Of a stretch of 45,086 nucleotides of DNA, positions 19,901 to 28,171 are shown piece after piece. The notes under the pieces were generated by a model, which was not told the DNA's origin, did not search any database, and worked only from the letters and a program-made list of their open reading frames with translations. The position numbers were made by a program, and so were the translations under genes. Every line of letters starts with the position of its first letter. The stretch's first letter is position 1. Source of the stretch: Bacteroidota bacterium (GTDB taxonomy: Bacteria; Bacteroidota; Ignavibacteria; SZUA-365); the NCBI GenBank assembly GCA_016928515.1, contig JAFGKR010000033.1:1-45086 (forward strand). Reading direction: 5' to 3'.

Positions 19901-20347
19901 GTCCCGAACACTGAGTCCCTGCACCACCGGGATGCAGATCGCCGGACTGATTGCTCCGAGGATGGCGGCAAGGATCAGCGAATTGAGAATGCTCAATTCC
20001 ATCACGTACATGCAGAACAGCATCACCAGTCCCACACTGACGACAAAGACGCCGACCGCAAGCACGGCGGCTTTCGGTGCTTGCTGGACGACTGTCCGGA
20101 TATCCAGCTCGAGACCACCTTCGAAAAGGATGATGAGCAGCGCCATGGTACCGAAGTACGGGGCGATTTGCAGGAGAGCATCCGATGCGATCCAGCCGGT
20201 GACGGGTCCCAGAAACACACCGATTGCCATCAACAGCAAGACGCTGGGAATTTTCGTCAGTTTGAAGAGCAGATTCGCGAGGAATCCGACGAGAATGATG
20301 CCTCCCATCAAGGCGAAGAATATGGCAACGTCCATGAAAGATCCCAT
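16940..20347 (-). CDS. fusion protein: cation/proton antiporter domain, disordered linker, DUF389-type hydrophobic domain, C-terminal domain
   Basis: 1135 aa. Residues 1 to about 408 are Na+/H+-exchanger-like (..LIILFEGGLELD.., ..KLESALGEVLLIV..). Residues about 409-580 are low complexity (Pro/Glu/Ser/His-rich). Residues about 585-770 carry a DUF389-like motif (IIIGGSLIMPIMYQI, FLIALFGGMAGA). One further TM helix is followed by about 300 soluble residues. Confidence 0.8.
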   Translation of the reverse strand: MGSFMDVAIFFALMGGIILVGFLANLLFKLTKIPSVLLLMAIGVFLGPVTGWIASDALLQIAPYFGTMALLIILFEGGLELDIRTVVQQAPKAAVLAVGVFVVSVGLVMLFCMYVMELSILNSLILAAILGAISPAICIPVVQGLSVRDEIKTIVKLESALGEVLLIVSVLLLVDIHTSGSQSVGTVIMRFVISFGVAFVVASIAGVLWSRLIGWMGKEPLAYMLTLGFMFLLYFAVEEMHGSAAIAVLMFGLVLENMQVMANKIGERLRHFFGIDIKSEKFILNQFIKNITEEISFLLRTFFFVYLGLLLDFNELTWTIGLFILGMTALLLIGRRLMMYGFRRMSHGFTEGELQTIMAMLPRGLATAVMALLPFQQARIPGTELFPLYAFGVIVLTNIYMTGSIIFAERRLRAERQRGELPLAVGYAGTPEPAIAPMQATTGSTPASLADLERIGTSPAHTIDDTDHTGRSQVGHTAESMHREEAVHREEPTGRKLSSSEPTSAGKSEAAAGPEPVFRGTMTGGEAPEGDAFSSYEQTLFSADIGFKDEPPPQNFTDWMARIFGIHIGDRERGYLEAYRAAHISEPLFWVQVALATAITTLGLILDQSAIIIGGSLIMPIMYQILAAGLSLASGEIYLLLRIAFKMVLVMLLVVILSALLSDVLPFAEVTGEIASRTRPTIIDFLIALFGGMAGAAMLSRKNRFVQFLPSAIIAITLLPPLTVMGFSIANGFAMEIFRGAALLFTANLFANILGAMIVFLLVGMPKAAGFESVRRWKEQELTHPIISAVFEKLRLSTLVGRTGSVRARVIVIGFFLLLILIPLQSALNQLTVELRARQAITKVAELFDIKHRSTILNSSSSIGEDQIEVKLQVATNSFFTSEDIRRFEERVRDRTGIPTRLNLVQTLSDIGEGSTVRGLLTPDLPGIAPIGPRTFAAAIGDLRFQAQSILRSLPLSRRIDIVSMNAELTLDTLSPALNFVYLSDAPLTEDAQDILSTLIAGRISMPGSSIQFSWIDRERSFAAGGSPTFGPTEIVRLNNLQSQLAKFPQLSLDVHMPKGRIRSYNPDRFRQELREHLPLAADSQRVRFLPMDASVDSVYLFLNIQGNIMMESRSGPTSKVKSLPDTSGNKNLAQ

Positions 20348-20497
20348 CAGTGTGTGGAGCTCATGTACAATCTACGGTCTGCCGCGGCAAGATGAAATAT
20401 GGTTTGTGCCTTCACGTGATCGTGCACCTTGAATGGGATCACTGCAGGGTTGTACATTACTGTGATTCACAATTCCACCTTCGAATCCGGGAGCCAC

Positions 20498-21670
20498 ATG
20501 GCACGTACCGTTCGCAGTTCAGCACATGCAGCAAAAAAAGGAACGATGGGCAGAAAACCACGCATTCGATGCATCGCGATCAATACCGGCGGCGGCGATG
20601 CGCCCGGACTCAACGCGGTGATCCGCGCCGTCACCATCGGCGGCATCCAGCGCGGGTGGAAAGTGGTCGGGATCCGCGACGGGTACAACGGACTGCTCAT
20701 GCCCGAACAGTATCCTGACGGCGGGCTCATTCCGCTCACGCTGGAATCCGTCCGTGGCATCACCCACCTTGGCGGAACGATACTGGGAACCACCAACAAG
20801 GGGAACCCGCTTGAATTTCCTGTCCGTCAGAAAGACGGAAGCTACAAGACCGTCGATCGCAGCAGGGAAATCATCCGTGCCTGCAGGAAGCACAACATCG
20901 ATGCGGTCGTTGCCATCGGCGGTGACGGATCGCTTTCCATCGCGGATGCGCTGTATGAAAAGGGACTGCGTGTCGTGGGTGTTCCGAAAACCATCGACAA
21001 CGATTTAAGCGAAACGGTCGCGACGTTTGGTTTCGATACGGCGGTCTCCTTCGCGACCGAATGCCTCGACCGGCTGCATTCCACAGCGGAAGCACATCGC
21101 CGCATCATGGTCGTCGAGGTGATGGGACGCTACGCCGGGTGGATTGCCCTGAACGCAGGTGTCTCGGGTACAGCCGATGCGATTCTCATCCCCGAAATCC
21201 CGTATGATATCGGGATTGTCGCCGAAAAAACGCGCGCGCGCGTCCGAGAGGGGAAGAAATTTTCCATTGTGGTCGTTGCCGAAGGAGCGAAGCCCATCGA
21301 CGGAGAGCGGTCTGTGCTGTCAAAGGAAATCGGGCGGGCGGAAAAACTGGGAGGGATCGGGGAGACCGTCGCAGCACAGCTACAGGAGCTGACCGGGCAG
21401 GAAACTCGCCACGTGGTACTGGGTCATCTGCAGCGCGGTGGGACGCCGACGACGTTCGACCGTCTGCTTTCTCTCCGCTTCGGTGCCGCGGCCGTGCGCG
21501 CGCTGGAGGAGGGACAGAACGGCATCATGGTAGCGCTTGATCCGCCGACCGTCCTGTATGTTCCGCTGAAAAAAGCGACGCGCCGCATGAAGAGCGTCCC
21601 GCTGGATTCAGACACCATGAAAACCGCCCGCGATCTCGGCATCTGTTTCGGAGATGAGTTTCCCAAATAA
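20498..21670 (+). CDS. pfkA: ATP-dependent 6-phosphofructokinase
   Basis: Motifs GGGDAPGLNAV, AIGGDGSL (the GDGS form argues for ATP rather than PPi as donor), PKTIDND, VEVMGRYAGW and LGHLQRGG. The track start 20429 is TTG; ATG candidates are 20498 (GGGAG upstream) and 20546. Confidence 0.9.
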   Translation: MARTVRSSAHAAKKGTMGRKPRIRCIAINTGGGDAPGLNAVIRAVTIGGIQRGWKVVGIRDGYNGLLMPEQYPDGGLIPLTLESVRGITHLGGTILGTTNKGNPLEFPVRQKDGSYKTVDRSREIIRACRKHNIDAVVAIGGDGSLSIADALYEKGLRVVGVPKTIDNDLSETVATFGFDTAVSFATECLDRLHSTAEAHRRIMVVEVMGRYAGWIALNAGVSGTADAILIPEIPYDIGIVAEKTRARVREGKKFSIVVVAEGAKPIDGERSVLSKEIGRAEKLGGIGETVAAQLQELTGQETRHVVLGHLQRGGTPTTFDRLLSLRFGAAAVRALEEGQNGIMVALDPPTVLYVPLKKATRRMKSVPLDSDTMKTARDLGICFGDEFPK

Positions 21671-21760
21671 ACTCCCCGTACGCTACAAGACGAGAGGCCT
21701 GATATCCGAAGACCAATCTGATGTCCTGTTGCAGACACACAAGCGTCCGATGGCAGCACG

Positions 21761-22627
21761 TCAGGCATCCGGAAGAGCGAAGCACCCGTCGAAGACGAGC
21801 CGGGCCGGTCCTTCGAGCATGAGATCGTCGGCGTAATGTTCGGGCGAAGTCGGCGGAGCATCACCGGCTGTGAAATGAACGCGCAGCAGGTCACCGCCAT
21901 GCGTTCGCATCATAACAGGGGACGATGCGCCGATGCGCAGATGCGCGATCATCCCGCCGGCGAGTGTCCCGGTGCCGCAGGCCTCGGTTTCCCCTTCCAC
22001 TCCTTTTTCGAACGTACGGATCGCTACGACTCCCGTGTCTTCCTGCTCGAGGATGTTCACATTCACCCCACGGGGAGCAAAAACCGCATGATGCCGCAGC
22101 ATGCTGCCCACTCGTTGCATATCCACCATCGCCAGAGGTGCGCGCAGCGATGGCGGCAGCTGCGAGGCAAAGAGGACGACATGTGGTGCACCGTTGTCGA
22201 CATAGTCGACCGCACAGGTCTCGTTTCCACATTCGAGTGAGAGTCCGGAACGCATTTCCAGGGGTTGCGGGAAGGAAAGCTGTACGGTGTTCCCCTCCAC
22301 ACGTGCGTGATAACTGCGGTCGAGAACCAAGAAACGCATCTCGTGTCCCGCGATGTCGTTCTGTACGGCGAACAGCGCTGCACAGCGGCCCCCGTTGCCG
22401 CACATGCTGCCCACCGATCCGTCGGGATTGTAAAAGGACATCCTGAAATCGTGTGTTTCGGAAGCATCGAGAAAGATCGCACCATCCGATCCCACGCCTC
22501 TGCGGCGGTGTGCGGAGAGGACTGTGAAGCGGCGGCGTTTCTCTTCGGGGATCTCTCCCGCGCGGTCATCCACGATGACGAAATCGTTCTGCGCGCCTTC
22601 GGCCTTTGTGAAATGAATGATCTGCAT
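21761..22627 (-). CDS. dapF: diaminopimelate epimerase
   Basis: 288 aa. N-terminal FTKAEGAQNDFVIVD and the two catalytic Cys contexts (SMCGNGGRC, EACGTG). Confidence 0.9.
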   Translation of the reverse strand: MQIIHFTKAEGAQNDFVIVDDRAGEIPEEKRRRFTVLSAHRRRGVGSDGAIFLDASETHDFRMSFYNPDGSVGSMCGNGGRCAALFAVQNDIAGHEMRFLVLDRSYHARVEGNTVQLSFPQPLEMRSGLSLECGNETCAVDYVDNGAPHVVLFASQLPPSLRAPLAMVDMQRVGSMLRHHAVFAPRGVNVNILEQEDTGVVAIRTFEKGVEGETEACGTGTLAGGMIAHLRIGASSPVMMRTHGGDLLRVHFTAGDAPPTSPEHYADDLMLEGPARLVFDGCFALPDA

Positions 22628-22671
22628 GGCAACGGGAAAGATAACAGATTTGCCGATTCGGCGCCACGCGG

Positions 22672-24192
22672 TCAGACGGATGTTCCGAAGACGTTCTCCT
22701 GATCGGGGATGTACTCCGTCATGAGTGGATAATCACTGAGGTCCCGGGAAATGGCGGCTCCGAGAAAAGATTCCACCCAGTGATAAATATCATTGCGCTT
22801 GACGGTTACGCGCAACTGACGCATCCTCCGTCCGCGTTCGGCGTAATTCATCGTGAATGCTTGGTGCAGTGCCTCGGCGACGCCTTCGATGTCGTATGGA
22901 TTTACCAGCAAGGCGTTCTTCTGTAGTTGCGATACGGCTCCCGCGAATTCACTGAGGATCAGGACACCGTTTTTCTCGATGTTGCAGGCGCAGTATTCCT
23001 TTGAAACGAGGTTCATTCCGTCCTTGATGGGTGTGATCAGCGCGATTTCAGCCGTCCGGTAATAGGCGAGCAATTCCGTCCGCGTCAGGTGGCGGAAAAT
23101 GTAATGGATGGGTACCCAGCCGGAGCGGGTGAATTCTCCGTTGATCTCACTGACCAGCCGTTCGATTTCCACTTTCAGGTCGTTGTATTTCGGAATATCC
23201 GTCCGGCTGGGAACGACGACCTGCACGAGCGTCATGCTTTCCTGTAGTTCGGGGAAGCGGCGCAGGGCGTTGCGAAAGGCTTTCAGGCGGTACGGGATGC
23301 CTTTCGTGTAATCGAGCCGGTCGATGCCGAGAACGATTTGCTGATGCGGGAGGTCTTCATGAATGTACCAGGCGGCTTCGGATACCTCCCTGCTTCGGGC
23401 AAGGCGTTCGAACTCGTTGTAATCGATACTGATTGGAAAAACACCTATTCTGACCTCCCGATGCTCTGTCGTGCAGAGGTGAAATCCGCCGGTGCTGCGC
23501 ACGGAAACATCCTTGAGCAGCATGCGTACGCACTGGATGAAATTCCTCTTGTCGCGCACGGTCTGGAACCCGATCAGATCATATTCGAGCAGGGCACGCA
23601 GTATCTGAAATCGCCAGGGCAGCTTGATGAAAATGTCGGGCGGAGGAAAAGGGATATGCAGGAAAAATCCGAGAGGGGCGTTCACTCCCATCGTGCGGAG
23701 TTCATATGCCACGCTCATCAGATGGTAATCATGCACCCAGATATAATCCGTGCTGCGTGTTTCGGCGAATACCTGCTCGGCAAATTTCCGGTTGACGCGC
23801 TGATACGCGTGCCAGTACTCCGGTACAAAATGGCAGTGTGACTGCAGATCGTGAAACAGCGGCCAGACAATTTCGTTCGAGAAGCCGTGATAGTAGAGCT
23901 CCAGTTCCTCCTCCGACAGGGGTACGGCGGCGAGCTCGTACCCCGATGCAGTGGACGAATCTTTCAGCACCGTATTGACTTCCTCCTGCTGACTGTCTGA
24001 AAGACCGGACCAACCGATCCACATCCCTCCCCGGTCACGCAGAACAGGCGCCAGTGCGGTCACAAGGCCGCCCGAACCGGAGCGGAATGTGAGCGCGCCA
24101 TCCTGTCGTTCGAAGACGACGGGTAGACGGTTCGAAACGATGATCAGCCTTTTCGGTGCGTCGGGATTCCCGCTGTTCGAATGCTCATTCAT
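22672..24192 (-). CDS. otsA: alpha,alpha-trehalose-phosphate synthase (GT20)
   Basis: 506 aa. RLIIVSNRLPV start, WVHDYHL and other GT20 core motifs. The start overlaps the upstream mscS stop by 8 nt. Confidence 0.9.
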   Translation of the reverse strand: MNEHSNSGNPDAPKRLIIVSNRLPVVFERQDGALTFRSGSGGLVTALAPVLRDRGGMWIGWSGLSDSQQEEVNTVLKDSSTASGYELAAVPLSEEELELYYHGFSNEIVWPLFHDLQSHCHFVPEYWHAYQRVNRKFAEQVFAETRSTDYIWVHDYHLMSVAYELRTMGVNAPLGFFLHIPFPPPDIFIKLPWRFQILRALLEYDLIGFQTVRDKRNFIQCVRMLLKDVSVRSTGGFHLCTTEHREVRIGVFPISIDYNEFERLARSREVSEAAWYIHEDLPHQQIVLGIDRLDYTKGIPYRLKAFRNALRRFPELQESMTLVQVVVPSRTDIPKYNDLKVEIERLVSEINGEFTRSGWVPIHYIFRHLTRTELLAYYRTAEIALITPIKDGMNLVSKEYCACNIEKNGVLILSEFAGAVSQLQKNALLVNPYDIEGVAEALHQAFTMNYAERGRRMRQLRVTVKRNDIYHWVESFLGAAISRDLSDYPLMTEYIPDQENVFGTSV

Positions 24193-25276
24193 GTGTGCCC
24201 TCAGGTTTCTGATACTGTTTCTGCGCCTCAGGGTACTGCAGATGGACGGTCTGTGTCGGGAAGGCGAAGTCGATGCCTTCCTGCTCGAACTTCTGATATA
24301 TCGCCAGATTGATGCGCTGCTGCACGTCCATGAAATCGTTGTACTCCGGTGAGAGTACGTAGTACACGAATTCGAAATTGAGTGAAGAAGCGCCGTATTC
24401 CTTGAAATGTGCCCGATCGAAGCGCGTCATCTCGTCCGCCTCGATGATCTCGCGCACCATCTGCGGAACCGCCTGTACTTTCTCATATGGTGTCCCGTAC
24501 ACCACCCCGACACCGAAAAGGATGCGGCGTTCCTCCATGCGCTTGAAGTTGCGCACGCGGCTTTTCAGCAGATCGGTATTGGAGAAAATGATCAGTTCGC
24601 CGCCGAGACTGCGGATGCGTGTCGTGCGCATTCCGACTTTCTCGATGGTACCGAGGAAATTGTCGACGATGATGAAATCCCCGATGACAAAAGGTTTGTC
24701 GATGGCTATCGAGAGCGAGGCGATCAGTTCTCCAAGTATGCTCTGTGCCGCGAGTGCCACTGCGATGCCACCGATCCCGAGACTTGCGATCAGAGTGGTG
24801 ATGTTGATGCCCAGATTGTCGAGAATCACCAGCAGGACGATCGACCACAGCAGGAGCTTCGAGAGGAAGCCCAGTACGTTCAAGGTGGTCTGTGCTGAGG
24901 CGTCTTCGTACTCGCGCAGCCGCGTGGTCTTGCCGAGGAGATAGACGATGACGCTGTTTCCCCAGAGCGCCGCCTGAATGACGAAAGCAGCGAAGAGAAT
25001 GTGATTGACGATGGTGTGGGCCTCCCCAGAGTAGGAAAGCCACAGGGAACCGCTCCACAGGCCGATGACGACGAGAAAGAAGAAATTGATCTTTCCGATC
25101 AACCCGGCGAACATGTCGTCGACATCGGTGTGCGTGCGCTGAGCGAGTCCCATGAAATAGCGGGCGAGCAAACGCTTGGCCACCAGCAGCACTGCAGTGA
25201 TGACGATGGCGATACCCAGGGCGATCAGCCAGTCGAGGATGGTGTTGCCGAAAAGCGATTGCGTGAAGGGAGCCAT
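24185..25276 (-). CDS. mechanosensitive ion channel, MscS family
   Basis: N-terminal TM helices followed by the MscS beta-domain signature (..PFVIGDFIIVDNFLGTIEKVGMRTTRIRSLGGELIIFSN..). ATG at 25276 overlaps the otsB stop as TAATG. The track start 25294 is GTG (19-nt overlap). Confidence 0.85.
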   Translation of the reverse strand: MAPFTQSLFGNTILDWLIALGIAIVITAVLLVAKRLLARYFMGLAQRTHTDVDDMFAGLIGKINFFFLVVIGLWSGSLWLSYSGEAHTIVNHILFAAFVIQAALWGNSVIVYLLGKTTRLREYEDASAQTTLNVLGFLSKLLLWSIVLLVILDNLGINITTLIASLGIGGIAVALAAQSILGELIASLSIAIDKPFVIGDFIIVDNFLGTIEKVGMRTTRIRSLGGELIIFSNTDLLKSRVRNFKRMEERRILFGVGVVYGTPYEKVQAVPQMVREIIEADEMTRFDRAHFKEYGASSLNFEFVYYVLSPEYNDFMDVQQRINLAIYQKFEQEGIDFAFPTQTVHLQYPEAQKQYQKPEGTHE

Positions 25277-26088
25277 TATGATGTCCGTGTCCACTGTGAA
25301 AGAAAACGGAGAAGACCCTCCGGAGGAATGATGTGTATATCGGCACGTGTGGGACGCGCTTCACTCCGGACGAGGACGCGCAGTCCGCGTCCCTCCAGTA
25401 CAGCGAAGGCGTCTTCGTCGGTTTGGTCGTCGCCGAGATACATAACGGGAACATCCGCGGATGTGTCACGCAACAGTGCCTGCACTGCGTCACCCTTGGT
25501 TCTCCCGGCTGCGCGCAGTTCCAGTCCTCCGTCGAACGCGTGCAGGTCAAGAAGATCCATCTCCTCGAATGCGGCCCAGCGCTGCTGTATGCTGATCTGC
25601 ATGCGATCGCGAGCATCCTGTGTAAGACCGCGCCAGTGGACAGCCACCGAAGCGGGTTTGTGTTCGAGCTGCGAGAAGGGGAAGCGACTTGCGAGCCATT
25701 CCCATTCCGCTTCCAGCAGATCACGCAGGCCGTCCGGGAAATCAGGTGGACGGTACGTGCCGTCAGGCAGGAGATGTTCCCATCCATGCGATCCCCAGAT
25801 TTCGGGCAGGGGATCGATACCGAGCAGTGGACGCAAATCCTCCACGGCGCGACCGCTGATGATCACAACGCGCGTCCGATCGTCCTGCTGAAGTGCATGA
25901 AGAAGATCACGCACGCCCGGATACGGGAAGGCACGGTCGCGCTCCGGCGTGAATGGCGCCAGCGTGCCGTCGTAATCCAGCAGCAGCAGGCGCCGGGGAG
26001 CATTGTGCATGGCACGAAGTAAGCCGTCCGGATCTGCATCGGGATTCAGGATGCGCATTGCGTTATCTCCTGTGTCCACGGCACTCAT
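25276..26088 (-). CDS. otsB: trehalose-phosphatase (HAD family)
   Basis: 270 aa. HAD motif I LLLDYDGTL and a later GDDQTDEDAF motif. The start overlaps the treT stop (ATGA). Confidence 0.85.
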   Translation of the reverse strand: MSAVDTGDNAMRILNPDADPDGLLRAMHNAPRRLLLLDYDGTLAPFTPERDRAFPYPGVRDLLHALQQDDRTRVVIISGRAVEDLRPLLGIDPLPEIWGSHGWEHLLPDGTYRPPDFPDGLRDLLEAEWEWLASRFPFSQLEHKPASVAVHWRGLTQDARDRMQISIQQRWAAFEEMDLLDLHAFDGGLELRAAGRTKGDAVQALLRDTSADVPVMYLGDDQTDEDAFAVLEGRGLRVLVRSEARPTRADIHIIPPEGLLRFLSQWTRTS

Positions 26089-27323
26089 ACCAGTTCCACC
26101 CGATCAGCATGATTGTGCTTGAGAACCACCATCAGGGTAAGATACTCTCCGAGATGGCGGGTCAGGAGGAAATGATCGCGGACGAACTGTTTCGCTTTCT
26201 GTCCCATGGTCGTGAGGATGTCGCGGTGATTGAGCAGGTAGCGCGTCCGCAGCGCGGCGCCCTCCGGCGTGGAGACCAGGAAGCCCGTGTGATGGTTGAT
26301 CACCTGCAGCCGTATACCGCCGGTGTTTCCGCCGATGACGGGACGCGCCTTCCACATCGCCTCGGTGACGGTCAGGCCGAAACCCTCGCGGGTCGATTTC
26401 TGCAGGATGATGTCGCTTGCCCGCTGCAGCGCATTGATCGTGCGATGTGCATCAGAGGGCAGGAGAAGGATTTTCACGTCAGGATCGTTGTTCGCTGCAT
26501 CGTACACTTCGTTGAGCACCGCTTCACCTTCGGGATCATCGGAGGCGCCTCCACCCGCGAGCACCAGCTGCAGCCCGGGGAGAAAGCGCTTCGCGTTGCG
26601 ATAGCCGTGAATAACGCCGACCGGATCCTTGAAGCGATCGTACCGCGAGACTTGTGTGATCAGCGGCCGCTCGGGATCGATGTCAAAGCGGGAATAAACG
26701 TCACGGATCTCCGATTCCGGGAGATCGATGTTCTTATCGCTCAGCGGATCGATGCTCGGCGGCACGAGATACTGCGGATGCGGCAGCGGCTGCGCGAAAT
26801 CCGAAAGCGACCAGATGCTGGCGTCGTAATCGAAGAGGAAAGGCTGCAGGTATTTCCAGACCGGACGGTATGGACGGCTGACATCGATATGACAGCGCCA
26901 GATCCATGTCCCTTTTCGATCCGGCATATACCGCAGCAACGGCGCCGGCTGTGGGTCATGGATGAACACGATGTCCGCATTCTCGAGTACCGGTCGCAAT
27001 TTTTCGGCGTTCTCCCGGTTGGTCTCTTCGAAATTCCGCAGCAGGGCTTCGGGAATCACCACCTGGTTGCCCTGCAGCCCATTGTGAAAGCTCTTGGTGC
27101 ACTGGTAGAAATCGCTGTTGCCCTCTATGACCTCCCAGCGCGTGTCGAGACCGAGCTCGTTCATCAGGGGGACGAGCTTGTGGAGGATCTCTGCTACACC
27201 ACCGCCCATGCGCGTGGAGTTCACATGGACGACCTTCATCCCGCGCAGAGGTACTGCCAGCTGTCTCAGCTGCTCGATGACATCCCGACCGGTGATTTTC
27301 GCATAATCGTCAATACGCTGCAT
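26085..27323 (-). CDS. treT: trehalose glycosyltransferring synthase-like GT4 glycosyltransferase
   Basis: 412 aa. Close by eye to archaeal TreT as I remember it (VHVNST..GGGVAEILH.LVPL, HDPQPA, WRCHID.S.P, PPSIDPLS.KN, ITQVSR.D..K, DDPEG, REGFGLTVTEAMWK..PVIG). The start overlaps the upstream gene stop (ATGA). Confidence 0.8.
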   Translation of the reverse strand: MQRIDDYAKITGRDVIEQLRQLAVPLRGMKVVHVNSTRMGGGVAEILHKLVPLMNELGLDTRWEVIEGNSDFYQCTKSFHNGLQGNQVVIPEALLRNFEETNRENAEKLRPVLENADIVFIHDPQPAPLLRYMPDRKGTWIWRCHIDVSRPYRPVWKYLQPFLFDYDASIWSLSDFAQPLPHPQYLVPPSIDPLSDKNIDLPESEIRDVYSRFDIDPERPLITQVSRYDRFKDPVGVIHGYRNAKRFLPGLQLVLAGGGASDDPEGEAVLNEVYDAANNDPDVKILLLPSDAHRTINALQRASDIILQKSTREGFGLTVTEAMWKARPVIGGNTGGIRLQVINHHTGFLVSTPEGAALRTRYLLNHRDILTTMGQKAKQFVRDHFLLTRHLGEYLTLMVVLKHNHADRVELV

Positions 27324-28009
27324 CAGAGCCTCCCTTCCGTGTGTTCATGCGCAAAATACTCGGTGAACAACCCGGTCAGTTGGCCGCGCAGATCACTCAG
27401 TGTGACGAAGTACGGATCCACATCCGCCAGACGGGCGAGCAGTTTTGCATGCTTCCCGTTCAGTCCCTCGAGCCAGGTTGAGAAGTCGTCCTTCCGATCA
27501 GGTGTTCTGCGACGCGCATCTATGAAGTGATAGAAAATGCTGCTTGTGGAAACATGGGGAATGATTTCAGGCAGTTGCTCGGGTTCGCTGATCGTGTGCG
27601 GTGTCGCGAACACGACGATTTGCGAACGGATGAGGGAGAATTGTTCATCGGTTTTCGCCCAGGGGATGAACTCCCGTTCGTAAAGTCGTTCTTCGAGGAT
27701 CTCGATCACCTCGTTGCGAAGATCTTCCATGGATGCGAAACCGGTCGGATCGACTACGCTCAGCCGTTCGGCGACGATGTCGTCGCGGAGGGCATGCTTG
27801 CACCAGGCGGCGAAATCGTTGTTGAATTCCGGTTCGTCAAACTGTGGCCGCAGTCGTCCTCCCCAGAAGTGGTAATAGATGCACCCCGTGTCCACGTGCA
27901 TGAGGTGGTCGCGCAGTTCCCGCAGATTCTGTGCACGCTTTCCGGTGGCGATGGCCGCGAGCGTACAATCCTTGAAAGCGAACGGTTCTCGTCCTGTTTC
28001 GTTTTTCAT
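27323..28009 (-). CDS. uncharacterised protein with internal two-fold repeat (DUF5752-like, name from memory)
   Basis: Start moved to the ATG at 28009 (MKNETGREPF..., 228 aa), because the 401-aa track ORF would overlap the divergent kinase gene by more than 350 nt. Two about 100-aa halves share the motifs I[YF]YHF, DF[AS]xW and VDPxxFx[ST][ML]xDLR. Confidence 0.65.
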   Translation of the reverse strand: MKNETGREPFAFKDCTLAAIATGKRAQNLRELRDHLMHVDTGCIYYHFWGGRLRPQFDEPEFNNDFAAWCKHALRDDIVAERLSVVDPTGFASMEDLRNEVIEILEERLYEREFIPWAKTDEQFSLIRSQIVVFATPHTISEPEQLPEIIPHVSTSSIFYHFIDARRRTPDRKDDFSTWLEGLNGKHAKLLARLADVDPYFVTLSDLRGQLTGLFTEYFAHEHTEGRL

Positions 28010-28171
28010 GAATCGTTCAATTGATGATACATCGATGAGTCCCTGTATTATGAACAACACCGCGATCAAAATCAAAATTCCATTACTGAATGCGGTATAT
28101 TGCGGATGAATCCCGGCCGAATGGGATACGATGATGCCGATCCGGATTCTCGATGACTCAGGAGCACCTCC

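Noticed and set aside
20363-20471. Small symmetric elements in the antiporter/pfkA divergent region: ATGTACAA (20363-20370) and its reverse complement TTGTACAT (20450-20457), TCACGTGA (20412-20419) and TGTGATTCACA (20461-20471).
   Set aside because: Each is short enough to be expected with probability of about 0.1-0.2 in a 150-nt region. None matches a known operator spacing, and there is no supporting conservation data.
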